Of a stretch of 64,000 nt of DNA, positions 29,748 through 39,770 are shown piece by piece (positions within the stretch are counted from its first letter, which is position 1; every line of letters begins with the position of its first letter). Position numbers and translations under genes: made by a program. Source of the stretch: Gemmatales bacterium. Lineage in GTDB: Bacteria; Planctomycetota; Planctomycetia; Gemmatales; HRBIN36. The notes beneath the pieces are model-generated. The model was not told where the DNA came from. It worked only from the letters and a program-made list of their open reading frames with translations, and made no database searches. Location of the stretch: NCBI GenBank assembly GCA_041640595.1, contig JBEPZY010000005.1, positions 96,001 through 160,000 of the forward strand, in the 5' to 3' direction.

Positions 29748-30242
29748 ATGACCAGAGCGCTGCAAATTGTGCCCAACCGCTGTACGGGTTGCATGCAATG
29801 CGAACTGGCCTGTTCGTTTGTGCAAACGGGAATGTTCGCCCCGGCCTACTCGATGATACGCGTGCACATTTTCGACGAGGAGGCCAGCTACGCACCATAT
29901 ACTTGCGTGCAATGCCAGGAAGCGTGGTGCATGTCGGCCTGTCCGGTAAATGCCATCGCTGTGGATGAGCAAACCGGGGCCAAGGTAGTGCTGGACGACG
30001 TTTGCGTTGGATGTCACCTGTGCAGTATTGCATGTCCGTTCGGCACGGTGTTCACTTTGCCGGCATCCGGCAAGGCAGCGAAATGCAACCTCTGTGGCGG
30101 TCAACCAGCCTGCGCAGTTGCCTGTCCCACCCGTGCTATCGAGTGGCGAGAAGGAGACGGTGTGGGCAGCTGGTTTGGGCCCTGGGCCGAGACTATCGCT
30201 TGCCGTCATCGCGAGGCCATGCTCCAGCACGCCGGCTCCTGA
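29748..30242 (+). CDS. 4Fe-4S dicluster electron-transfer subunit (AorA-like)
   Basis: Four Cys clusters: CTGCMQCELAC, CVQC..CMSACP, CVGCHLCSIACP, CNLC..CAVACP. Confidence 0.9.
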   Translation: MTRALQIVPNRCTGCMQCELACSFVQTGMFAPAYSMIRVHIFDEEASYAPYTCVQCQEAWCMSACPVNAIAVDEQTGAKVVLDDVCVGCHLCSIACPFGTVFTLPASGKAAKCNLCGGQPACAVACPTRAIEWREGDGVGSWFGPWAETIACRHREAMLQHAGS

Positions 30243-30424
30243 AGCCCTTTGGTTTCTGGCTTGTGGCAGAGGGCCAGGAGTGCCGAGAGGAACGGGCTGG
30301 GACGAAACAAAACCGAAGCTCGGAATTTAGCCGCCGCGAAAATACAACTACTGCGAAGAAAACCGAAACCGGTGGGCGTTAGTCCACCGACTTGGAGCCA
30401 GGCGCTGATAACCGGAGGAATGCT

Positions 30425-32260
30425 ATGTACGGCTGGCATGGAAAACTGTTGCGTGTCCATCTGGGAACGCGACGCTGCCAGGTGGAGAACATTCCGGACC
30501 CGTGGTTGCGGCAGTACATCGGCGGTCGTGGTGTGGCCGACCGCTATTTGTGGGAGGAACTCGACCCAAAGATTGATCCAGTCAGTCCGCAAAACAAGTT
30601 GATTTTCGCCACCGGACCGCTGACCGGAACGCCAGCACCTTGCGGTGCCCGCTACATGGTCGTTACCAAAGGCTACCTCACCGGGGCGATTACCACGTCG
30701 AATTCCGGTGGGCACTGGGGCCCGGCATTGCGTTTCGCCGGCTACGATTTGCTGGTGATTGAAGGAAAGGCCAGTGAGCCGGTTTATCTGTTCATTGACG
30801 ATGACCGCGTCGAGATTCGCGACGCCCGCCATTTGTGGGGCAAAACGGTTTCCGAGACGGAAGATGGTATCCGCGACGAACTGGCTTTGCCGACGGTACG
30901 GGTGGCGTGCATCGGCCCGGCCGGGGAAAAGTTAGTGCGCTTCGCCTGCATCATGAATGACAAACACCGGGCGGCGGGGCGATCCGGCGTCGGTGCGGTG
31001 ATGGGCTCGAAAAATCTCAAAGCCATTGCTATTCGTGGCACTCGCGGTGTGCGTGTTGCCGATCCGGCTGGTTTTATGCGGGCGGTGTGGAAATTCCGTC
31101 AGCACCTGGCTGAATCGCCCGCGCGGCAAAGTATGACCGAACTCGGCACCGCCGCCACCATTGACCTCACCCAGGCTTTCGGGGGTCTGCCCACCCGCAA
31201 TTTCCAGCAGGGACAGTTTGAGTATTACGAAAACCTCAACGGCAACTCGATCAAAGAAAAGCGGATGGTGACCAACAAAGCCTGCTTCGCCTGCACCATC
31301 GCTTGCGGTCGCGTCACCCGTTTGCCGGGGGAGGCTGCCGACAAGTATCTCGTCAATACCCACCCGCGCAACTGGCGCATTGCCGGGGAAGGGCCGGAAT
31401 ATGAAGGTGCCTGGGCTTTAGGAGCCGACACCGGCGTCGGCGATCTCGATGCCGTGATCAAAGCCAACTGGCTTTGCAACGACCTCGGCATGGACCCCAT
31501 TTCCATGGGAGCGACCCTGGCAGCGGCAATGGAGCTGTACGAACGCGGTGTCCTGAACGATGCGGTAACAGGCATGCCGTTACGTTTTGGCTCAGCGGAG
31601 GCGTTGATTCGCATGGTGGAAGCCACCGCTTACCGTGAAGGTTTCGGGAACGAACTGGCCGAGGGTGCCAAACGCATGAGCGAAAAGTTCGGTCATCCCG
31701 AAGTGTTCATGGGCGTCAAAGGGCAGGAGTTCCCCGCTTATGATCCGCGAGGGTTTCAGGGAATGGGCGTGGCCTACGCGACCTGTAACCGGGGAGCCTG
31801 TCATCTGCGGGCCTGGACGCCAGGTTACGAAAGCCAGCCCGGAGTGGATCCGCATACGCCGGTTGGTAAGGCCGAATGGGTTGCCGAGGAGCAGAATCGC
31901 ACCACCGCTCACGATAACAGCGGCATCTGCTTGTTCACCATGGTCGGTGCGCCGCTGAGCGACATTGCCGATTGTGTCGCCGCTGCCACGGGCGTTGCAT
32001 TCACTTACGACGATTTCGTCAAAGCCGGCGAACGCACCTGGAACCTCGAACGACTCTGGAACCTGCGGGCAGGCTTTACCGACAAGGATGACACTTTGCC
32101 GGAACGTTTACTCAAACAACCGCACCCATCCGGGCCGTCGAAGGGCGTGGTTGTCCATCTCGAACAGATGCTGCCTGTGTATTACCGTGTGCGTGGTTGG
32201 GATGAACACGGCGTACCAAAACCGGAAAAGCTCGCCGAACTGGGCCTGACAAGCGTCTGA
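30425..32260 (+). CDS. aor: Aldehyde:ferredoxin oxidoreductase (tungstopterin family)
   Basis: YIGGRG, SNSGGHWG, AGRSGVGAVMGSKNLKAI, CFACTIAC, EGPEYE, GMDPIS, RGACH. Confidence 0.92.
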   Translation: MYGWHGKLLRVHLGTRRCQVENIPDPWLRQYIGGRGVADRYLWEELDPKIDPVSPQNKLIFATGPLTGTPAPCGARYMVVTKGYLTGAITTSNSGGHWGPALRFAGYDLLVIEGKASEPVYLFIDDDRVEIRDARHLWGKTVSETEDGIRDELALPTVRVACIGPAGEKLVRFACIMNDKHRAAGRSGVGAVMGSKNLKAIAIRGTRGVRVADPAGFMRAVWKFRQHLAESPARQSMTELGTAATIDLTQAFGGLPTRNFQQGQFEYYENLNGNSIKEKRMVTNKACFACTIACGRVTRLPGEAADKYLVNTHPRNWRIAGEGPEYEGAWALGADTGVGDLDAVIKANWLCNDLGMDPISMGATLAAAMELYERGVLNDAVTGMPLRFGSAEALIRMVEATAYREGFGNELAEGAKRMSEKFGHPEVFMGVKGQEFPAYDPRGFQGMGVAYATCNRGACHLRAWTPGYESQPGVDPHTPVGKAEWVAEEQNRTTAHDNSGICLFTMVGAPLSDIADCVAAATGVAFTYDDFVKAGERTWNLERLWNLRAGFTDKDDTLPERLLKQPHPSGPSKGVVVHLEQMLPVYYRVRGWDEHGVPKPEKLAELGLTSV

Positions 32261-32460
32261 ACTCAGTACCTCGGTCGCCCGACCTGAAACTGTGAGCCTT
32301 ACCAACGCCACGACTGCCAGCGCAAGCGTAGCGGATGCACTCGGCACGATTGCGACCGAATGACGTAGCCTGGAGCGTGAGATGCCGAGGAACCTTCGTG
32401 CGAAACAAACGATGAAAACGCCGATTGCATGGCCACGCAAATTTTTAGCGCCGGCTAGAT

Positions 32461-32488
32461 CCACGGCGGGCTTACGCTCGCCGCTCTT
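32461..32488. repeat. Solitary REP-like palindrome
   Basis: ccacggcgggcttacgctcgccgctctt, same family as clusters 1-3. Confidence 0.75.
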
Positions 32489-32774
32489 GATTGGCCGATC
32501 GGACGGTGGGCTCTGTAAAGGTCGCCCTCTTGACAAACAAGGGGCGGTACGCTTTCGACTACAGGGCTACGACGTGGTGGTGTGCGGCGACGATGAGGAG
32601 GAGAATTTCAACGTGGCTCACGAAATAGAAAAAACTGCCTTTCCCCACGGGAGACAGATTGCTCACGAGCCACATTGGGAAACCGCTGGCCCCAAAGCGC
32701 TTCCTCATTGGCAAACTAAGAGCAAGCAGGGACACACCTTTTATGAGACCACTCGAGAAAAAGCAAAAGGATAG

Positions 32775-33401
32775 GTGCCGTTTATGGGTATGAAGTACGT
32801 CAGTCCAGAACTGTATCAGTTTGCTGTCTCCGACGGCAACCTTGAGGCCGTTTTCGCTGCTATGCGGGAGGCAAAGGAGAAGTTGGCGGAGCAAGAGCGA
32901 GCTTACCGGCGCCATCTAAGCAGAATCAGAAAACATTTGCCGGTTCGGTTTCGGCAGTGGCTCAGCCGGCACATTTATCTGCATGATGCGGTGGTGCATG
33001 GGCCAACTGAACAACTCGAAACTGTCTGGAAGTGTCTCCAATGGCGAGGCATGCACCTGGACGGCGACCAGGACGACATCCGTGTGCACTTCCAGTTACG
33101 GCTTTTGATGGAGAATGCGAGGGCATCGCAAGACCGGAAAAATCTGTTCATCGAAGCGACACATCCTGGCCAGGCCTTTGTTTTGCTCTGTTATCTCGGC
33201 GTGGTCGGGTACGAGGTATCCCGCTGGGAAGCAATGGACCCGGATCAAGCCGACGGCGAAAAACTCTGGCTCTACGACGAGGTGGATATCACGCAACATA
33301 ACGATCGGCGATTGCCGGTGCATCGCATTCTTTTCAGCGACGGCACCATTTCCGAAATCACCTTCCAGGACTTTCGCTGCTTCGAAGCTCGTGTGCTGTG
33401 A
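32775..33401 (+). CDS. Hypothetical protein (possibly DUF4085-like)
   Basis: MKYVSPELY..YLHDAVV..LWLYDEVD..HRILFSDG pattern; family recalled from memory only. Confidence 0.55.
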   Translation: MPFMGMKYVSPELYQFAVSDGNLEAVFAAMREAKEKLAEQERAYRRHLSRIRKHLPVRFRQWLSRHIYLHDAVVHGPTEQLETVWKCLQWRGMHLDGDQDDIRVHFQLRLLMENARASQDRKNLFIEATHPGQAFVLLCYLGVVGYEVSRWEAMDPDQADGEKLWLYDEVDITQHNDRRLPVHRILFSDGTISEITFQDFRCFEARVL

Positions 33402-33431
33402 AACGCAGGGCGATGAGCAACAGGAGACCAA

Positions 33432-34850
33432 GTGATGGTACGGCATGTCATAGTGGGAGCGGGGCCGGCAGCTATTAACGCCATCGAGACCATTCGCGAA
33501 CTGGATGGCGGAGCGTCGGAGATCGCGCTGATCAGCGACGAACCGGCTTATGCCCGGATGGTCTTGCCGTATTACCTGGCCGACCAGATTCCCTACCAGC
33601 AGGTGTTCACCGGGGACGCGGCGTACTTCGAGCGGCTGAAAGTGCAGACACGATTTGGCCGGCGCGTCAACCGCGTGGATGCCACTGCGAAGTCGGTGAC
33701 GCTCGATAACGGGGAAACGCTGAGTTTCGACAACCTGCTGATCGCTACCGGTTCGTCGCCGGTAACTCCGCCCATTCCCGGAGCGGACCTGCCGGGCGTT
33801 GTTCCATTGTGGACGCTGGCGCACACCGAAGCCGCTTTGCAGACCATGGCCGGACGCGATCATCCCCAGGCGGTGCTGATCGGTGCCGGTTTCATTGGGT
33901 TTATCGTGCTCAATGCTATGTACAAACGGGGCTGGGCCTTGCACGTGGTCGAGCGCGAACCGCAGGTGTTGCCCCGTATGCTCGACCACGAAAGTGCCCG
34001 TTTGGTCGAAAACTGGCTGCGCGGGAAAGGAATCGGCGTGCATCTGGGCACGACGGTTACAGCCATTGAGCCGCTTGAGCAAGGCAGTGGTTCCCGCCTG
34101 CCTCGCAAACAGCTGCGGCTGGCCAACGGCACAACCCTGCAGGCCGATCTGGTGGTCCTGGCCACCGGTATCCGCGCTAATGTGGACTTTTTGCGGGGTA
34201 GCGGAATCGCACTCGATCAGGGTGTGCTGGTCAACGACCGCATGCAGACCAATTTCCCATACATTTACGCTGCCGGGGATGTTGCCCAGGGGCCGGATTT
34301 GCTCGGCGGACCACCCGCCATTCACGCCATTCAGCCCACTGCGGTCGAACATGGCCGAATCGCGGGCGCCAATATGGCCGGTCATACGGTACGCTATCCC
34401 GGCAGCCTGCTGATGAATATTCTGGATGTATGCGGTCTGCAATGTGCTAGCTTCGGACGCTGGCAGGATTCCCATGCCGAGACCATAACCCTGTGCAATG
34501 CCAGCAAGCCGGTCTATCGCAAGTTGCTCTGGACTGGCGACCGCATCACCGGAGCGATCTTCGTCGGTCAGGCGCACGATCTTGGCATGCTCAACGACCT
34601 GGGCATGGTCAAAGGCATCATTCAAACACAAGCGCCCCTGGGGGAATGGAAATCGTTTCTGCGCGAAAATCCGTTCGACATTCGCCGGGCCTATGTGGCT
34701 GCCGGCGTAGCACAAAAGCTAGCGCAGCAAACGTTGCTGGGCCGACCCACCAGACCGCGACAGTATCGCTATCTCGGTCGCCAACCGCAACCGCAGATCA
34801 CCAACCCCGCTGCTCACCGGGCTTTCGTGAGCTCTCAAACTGGCCAGTAA
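33432..34850 (+). CDS. NAD(P)/FAD-dependent oxidoreductase (AorC-like)
   Basis: VIVGAGPA, LIATGS, LIGAGFIG, YAAGDVA. Confidence 0.88.
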   Translation: MMVRHVIVGAGPAAINAIETIRELDGGASEIALISDEPAYARMVLPYYLADQIPYQQVFTGDAAYFERLKVQTRFGRRVNRVDATAKSVTLDNGETLSFDNLLIATGSSPVTPPIPGADLPGVVPLWTLAHTEAALQTMAGRDHPQAVLIGAGFIGFIVLNAMYKRGWALHVVEREPQVLPRMLDHESARLVENWLRGKGIGVHLGTTVTAIEPLEQGSGSRLPRKQLRLANGTTLQADLVVLATGIRANVDFLRGSGIALDQGVLVNDRMQTNFPYIYAAGDVAQGPDLLGGPPAIHAIQPTAVEHGRIAGANMAGHTVRYPGSLLMNILDVCGLQCASFGRWQDSHAETITLCNASKPVYRKLLWTGDRITGAIFVGQAHDLGMLNDLGMVKGIIQTQAPLGEWKSFLRENPFDIRRAYVAAGVAQKLAQQTLLGRPTRPRQYRYLGRQPQPQITNPAAHRAFVSSQTGQ

Positions 34851-35054
34851 TTCGCCGGGTGCATCGCTCGGAGCTAGTCGGAGCCAGATGTGACAGGCTG
34901 CTGCTGACACCTACACTCTGTGGGCAGGTCGGTTCACCGGGGGCATCGCTCGGAGGCAGACCTGACAGGGCACGCCTCGCCTTGTGGATTTTCTTGAGGA
35001 TTCGCTAAGCCGTGTATCGGTTAGCTACCAGGTGCAACTGACCCCCGGCCATCT

Positions 35055-35310
35055 ATCACTGATCACCGGCCACCGACCACTGGCCACTGATTCCGACATT
35101 CCGGTAACTGGTCACCAGCCACTGGTCACTGACCACTGATTCGGGCGTTCCGGCAACTGACCACCGGCCACCGACCACTGGCCACTGATTCCGACATTCC
35201 GGTAACTGGTCACCAGCCACTGGTCACTGACCACTGATTCGGGCATCCCGGCAACTGACCACCGGCCACCCATCACTGGCCACTGTTCACTGATCACCGG
35301 CCACTGAACC
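35055..35310. repeat. Heptamer-based tandem repeat with a 98 bp higher-order duplication
   Basis: Unit starting caccggccaccgaccactggccactgattccgacattcc at 35064 recurs at 35162 (98 bp = 14x7). Confidence 0.85.
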
Positions 35311-35340
35311 GACCAGCCATCCCCTTGCCGACGGTTGCGT

Positions 35341-35368
35341 TTGACACGTTTGCGAAAATGGTTACAAT
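35341..35368 (+). promoter_or_regulatory. Sigma70-type promoter for the kinase-TPR gene
   Basis: TTGACA-16 bp-TACAAT, 50 bp upstream of ATG 35419. Confidence 0.6.
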
Positions 35369-35418
35369 CGGCCGGCCTGGAGTAAATCCATTTCCGGCAA
35401 GGAAGACGGAGAACGCGT

Positions 35419-38400
35419 ATGGCCAGCGGAAGGCAGCTGCGTGGTCGCTGGGGTCATTTGCCGTTGCCCCTGGTGCAATTGTGGCAGGGAAGCCTTTGCG
35501 CCAAATCAGCGGCGGAGCGATTTTTCTTTGCCCGTCAGCTCTGGGAAACCACCGCCACTTTGTTGAGCCACGTTGTCCTGGCGGATTGGCAGTGGCGGCG
35601 AACGCAACTCACCGCTGCGCCCAGTTCAGGCATCTCTTCCTTGCTCGATTGGGTAGCGGACAAAGCCCGTTTTCAAGACCATTGCCCTCCTTCGGTCCGT
35701 GCCTGGAGTTGGTTGCGGCTGCTGCTGCCGACTTTGTGCAGCGTCGGGGATACGGTGGCGGTGCGTTTACGGGATTGGCTTTACGCGGAAAATCCCCGCC
35801 TCGAAAACGACGACGCAACTGCCTTGTTGCCAATGCTGGGCCTGGCCAACAACACCGCCGCGCCGCGATGCCTTGCCGACTGGCTGGAAGCATTCCTGTT
35901 CGCCTCGCCACACCTGACGGAACTGGAGAATGTCCATCCGTCCCGACTCGAAGAGTGGGACCGCCACGTCCATGCTTTGCTCAGCGCCTGGCGTCAGCTT
36001 TTCCAGTCCGGAACGTTTTTCCGCGAGCATCGCCTGATTTTCCTGAACCATGCCGAGCGACAGGCGGATGGTAGCTATCGGCTGAATCGGCTCGAATTGT
36101 CGGGAGAATCGCCGCGTGTGTTACCGGCCTGCCAGTTTGCTGCCGGTGAGCAGGAATGGCCAGCTGGGTGTGTCTATCTCGAATTTCCGCGAAACTGGCC
36201 GGGCACCGTGTCCGGCAATGCGACGCCGACACCGGACCCTGGCTGGCCTGCACTCAATTTGCATCCCTGGATCACTTTCCAGCCGGAAACGCAGGAAGTC
36301 TTCTTTTTGCAAGCCTGGGCCGATGTTTCGCAGAATCCCAGTTCAGCAACGGTCAGCACGCCGAATAGCGCGTTTGTGTGCCCCGTGAGTGGACGTGTGT
36401 TGCAGCCGGTAGGCTGGATGCAAGCCGCCCGCCAGCGCATGGAGCAACTGGCTCGCGATCCGATCACGGCCGAGTATGTGCGGCAGTGGAATAGCGCTGC
36501 GCCGACCAGGCCCGGCGAGGGGCCCGCGGCTACGATTTTCCCAACGCAGGAATCGGCCGGCTTCGAATTGCTCAGCGAAGTGGCTTCCGGACCCCAGGCG
36601 GTTGGTTACCGTGCCTGGCAATTATCTCTGCGCCGACCGGTACGCTTGCAGTGTCTGTTGCCCCTGGACAATCGCCAACCGCTGGCCGAGCAGGAACTGT
36701 GTACCCTTTCCACATTGAGCCGGCTTCATCATCCCCATCTTATCAAGGTCTATGAACACGGCGTATCCGATAAGGTTACCTATATTGCGACGGAATTTGT
36801 AGCGGGTGTGTCGCTGGCATCGGTTCTGGAACAGCTCCAGCTTAGCCAGCGGCAATCCTGGCCAAGCTTAGAGGATTGGTATCAGGCCATCCGACTCGCC
36901 TGGCAGGAAGAGAGCCGACGCGAGCGGCCGTTGTGCATCCTGCATACCTACGAACGTCGGCTCGCCCGCTATCTCATGCCGCCGTTGACCGATACCGCCC
37001 ACCGAACAGTTACCGGCACGCATGCTTATGTCCGCGAGGTTCTTCGACTGTTTATTACGCTAGGTGAATCTTTGTACACTTTACATCAAGCCGGAGCAGT
37101 GCACGGTTCCATCGTGCCGGGCCGAATCTTGCTGGCCAGCGAAGCTAATCGCCCCATCCTGCTGGAACCCGGAAGTTTTCACGATCTTGCCGGGCAAAAC
37201 GGTTTGACGCACTCCTGGCGGTATCTAAGTCCGGAAAAACGCAGCGGTGCTGCGAGGCTCGATCCGCAAGCGGATATTTATAGCCTGGCCGCCATCCTGG
37301 CCGAATTGCTTATGTTAGCTCCCGAAACCCTGGTGCATGAAGAAGCTCGCAAAGCCCGATTGCAGCAACTGCGATTGCCTGCCCTGGAGCGACTGGCGGA
37401 TTATCTAGCAACCTGTCTCTCCACCAGTGCCGAGGACCGACCCGCTTCGGTTCTCGAATTCGTCGAAGTCTTGCGCGAATGTCTGTTGCAAATCGAGAAA
37501 TCCTCTAATAGCCGGTCTGCCGCCAAACCAGCGCGAGAGCAAGTCAGTTCCTCGACCGCTGAACCAGTTTCTTCGGTTCACGACAGTCCGCCGGTGCCGC
37601 AACGAAATGCGCAAGTTTCCTCGCCTGTACCCGCATCCACGCTGCCATCACCTGGCCGGACCAGGACGGGCACTTATCTTTTGACCATATTAGCCAGTTG
37701 TGTTGCCATTGCGTTACTATTAGGAGGTGTATTCCTGGCACTATCCTGGTGGCTGGATATCGAACCCTCTAAGCTCCTGGCCTTGCTTAGCGAGCGTACC
37801 GTCGCCTTGATAAAGGAAAGCTGGAGCGAACCTGTCGGCGAGGACACATCCAGCCTTTCAGCCACACCATCCACTTCGCCGGATGATTCCCGACCAGCTA
37901 CTTCGCCGGATGGTTCCCGACCGGCTACAGACTTAGACCATGAGCAACCATCAGCTCCCGGTTCATCAGCACCGACATCCAGCGCGACCGTCTCGGCGCA
38001 GCAGGTCCCGGAGCTGATCCTTCCACCGGTACCGGCCCCGGAGAAATCGGAAGTCAAGGTAACCGATAACGCTGGAGTTCCGGAAGCCGACCGCAATCAG
38101 GAGCTTATCAAGAGATTAGAGCAGCAATTGCAGCAGGCACAGGAGCTGGCGCTTCGCCATCAGGATGCTTATGAGTCAGCTAAGCAGGAGCTGCTTATAC
38201 TGCAGAAGCAATTGCAGTCAGCACTGGAAGCTCAGAAACTGGCCCGCGAGGAGGCCGCCGCTGTCACTCTAAAGCTCGAAACCTTACATGCGGAGTATCA
38301 GGCCGCGCTGAAAAGTTTGCACAATAACATTGAGCAGACCGTCACCATGTTGGCCCAGCTGGCAGAACGCCTTGCCGGTGAGGAAATTCGCTACTCCTAT

Positions 38401-39696
38401 ATCCGACGTGTTCGCCGACCCATGATGCTTGGTTTGCGCGATGTGGTTTCAGAAACGATCAAGTTCCTCGAGCAGAAAAAGGATACCTCTGTGCTGAGCC
38501 TTGCGACCACCTACCTTGCATTAGGGCGTTTGCATCAAGATTGCGAAGGTGCCGCCGACGCGGAAAAGGCTTACCAACATGCCTTCACCCTGCTGAACCA
38601 GGCATCGGAAGAATTCCGCAAGCATCCCGAATATAGGCCCCTGCTTTATAGAGTTCACAGTGCCACGGGACGCTTTTACCTGGAGCAAAAGAGATACCAG
38701 GAAGCCGAGGCAGCCTGGTTACAGGCCCTTACACTCGCACAAACTCTGGCCGGTACCGATAGTTCCAACATGACCTGGCAATTGCAGGTGGTTAAGTGTC
38801 ATATTCAGCTTGGACACGTGTACCGGCACTGGCGGCAACTGGATAAAGCAGAAGCAGCATACGACAATGCCGTGCGCTCGCTAGAAAAGTTAGCAGGTCA
38901 ACGATCGGAAGAACCGGCTTATGCGTTGCAGTTAGCCAGTGCGTATCAAGGGCTGGCTTACATAGCAGAGTTGCGAGATCAGGTAGAATCGGCCGATCGA
39001 CATTATCAACAGGCGATTGCGGTACTTGAGCGCATGTTGCAACGTCAACCGGAGAATCAGGAATGTGCCCTGCAGCTGGCCATAGTGGTGCACGATCGAG
39101 CCGTGCTTTTCCGCGATGCCGGCCAAGTGAAGGAAGCGCTGCCTTTATTCGATCGCAGCCTGGATTTAGCGGGCTCACTGCATCAAAGCAGGCCGGAAAG
39201 CTTAGAGGTCAGCTTACTGCTGCGGGATATTTACGCCGATCGGGCGCACGCTTATATGACAGCAGGACGCTATGCGGAAGCATCACGGGACTGGGAGGAG
39301 GCAAGGGCTTACGATAGCGAGCATCTGCCTTCGGTGCGGGCTTATCGAGCGATTTGCCTGGCCCGACTGGGTGAAATGGAGCACGCTGTCGCGGAAGCGG
39401 AGAAACTATCCTCCGCTAAGACGAAAACCGGAAGTCTGCTATATAATCTGGCCTGCATCCATGCTGTTCTTGCTGAGGTTGTTACTAAGAAGTCCAACGC
39501 GCAAAATGCGGAGCAGCTTAAGCTGGCGGAACAATATGCCCGTCGTGCAGTAGAGTTCCTTCAGCAGGCAGCCGAACAGGGATACTTTCAGAGTGCTGTC
39601 CGGCGCGAATACCTGCATCGAGACCCTGACTTAGAGGCCGTTCGACACCGTGAGGATTTCAAACGCCTGCTCGAAAAGATTGGCTTACGCGAATAA
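35419..39696 (+). CDS. Membrane Ser/Thr (pseudo)kinase with coiled coil and TPR repeats
   Basis: Kinase-like LSRLHHPHLIKVYEHG..YIATEFVAG..YLSPE..ADIYSLA; TM helix; TPRs; C-terminal YNLAC..DPDLEAVRHREDF. Confidence 0.8.
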   Translation: MASGRQLRGRWGHLPLPLVQLWQGSLCAKSAAERFFFARQLWETTATLLSHVVLADWQWRRTQLTAAPSSGISSLLDWVADKARFQDHCPPSVRAWSWLRLLLPTLCSVGDTVAVRLRDWLYAENPRLENDDATALLPMLGLANNTAAPRCLADWLEAFLFASPHLTELENVHPSRLEEWDRHVHALLSAWRQLFQSGTFFREHRLIFLNHAERQADGSYRLNRLELSGESPRVLPACQFAAGEQEWPAGCVYLEFPRNWPGTVSGNATPTPDPGWPALNLHPWITFQPETQEVFFLQAWADVSQNPSSATVSTPNSAFVCPVSGRVLQPVGWMQAARQRMEQLARDPITAEYVRQWNSAAPTRPGEGPAATIFPTQESAGFELLSEVASGPQAVGYRAWQLSLRRPVRLQCLLPLDNRQPLAEQELCTLSTLSRLHHPHLIKVYEHGVSDKVTYIATEFVAGVSLASVLEQLQLSQRQSWPSLEDWYQAIRLAWQEESRRERPLCILHTYERRLARYLMPPLTDTAHRTVTGTHAYVREVLRLFITLGESLYTLHQAGAVHGSIVPGRILLASEANRPILLEPGSFHDLAGQNGLTHSWRYLSPEKRSGAARLDPQADIYSLAAILAELLMLAPETLVHEEARKARLQQLRLPALERLADYLATCLSTSAEDRPASVLEFVEVLRECLLQIEKSSNSRSAAKPAREQVSSSTAEPVSSVHDSPPVPQRNAQVSSPVPASTLPSPGRTRTGTYLLTILASCVAIALLLGGVFLALSWWLDIEPSKLLALLSERTVALIKESWSEPVGEDTSSLSATPSTSPDDSRPATSPDGSRPATDLDHEQPSAPGSSAPTSSATVSAQQVPELILPPVPAPEKSEVKVTDNAGVPEADRNQELIKRLEQQLQQAQELALRHQDAYESAKQELLILQKQLQSALEAQKLAREEAAAVTLKLETLHAEYQAALKSLHNNIEQTVTMLAQLAERLAGEEIRYSYIRRVRRPMMLGLRDVVSETIKFLEQKKDTSVLSLATTYLALGRLHQDCEGAADAEKAYQHAFTLLNQASEEFRKHPEYRPLLYRVHSATGRFYLEQKRYQEAEAAWLQALTLAQTLAGTDSSNMTWQLQVVKCHIQLGHVYRHWRQLDKAEAAYDNAVRSLEKLAGQRSEEPAYALQLASAYQGLAYIAELRDQVESADRHYQQAIAVLERMLQRQPENQECALQLAIVVHDRAVLFRDAGQVKEALPLFDRSLDLAGSLHQSRPESLEVSLLLRDIYADRAHAYMTAGRYAEASRDWEEARAYDSEHLPSVRAYRAICLARLGEMEHAVAEAEKLSSAKTKTGSLLYNLACIHAVLAEVVTKKSNAQNAEQLKLAEQYARRAVEFLQQAAEQGYFQSAVRREYLHRDPDLEAVRHREDFKRLLEKIGLRE

Positions 39697-39770
39697 GAGG
39701 ATGCCGGGAGTTAGATACTGGCGGAACAATCGAGAGAGAACGTTTCCCGGTGCGATGGACGGGGTCTAAG

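Noticed and set aside
33096..34715. 539 aa - strand ORF
   Set aside because: Antisense shadow of the FAD oxidoreductase
37873..37929. 27 bp in-frame duplication (TSPDDSRPA/TSPDGSRPA)
   Set aside because: Ordinary slippage in a low-complexity linker
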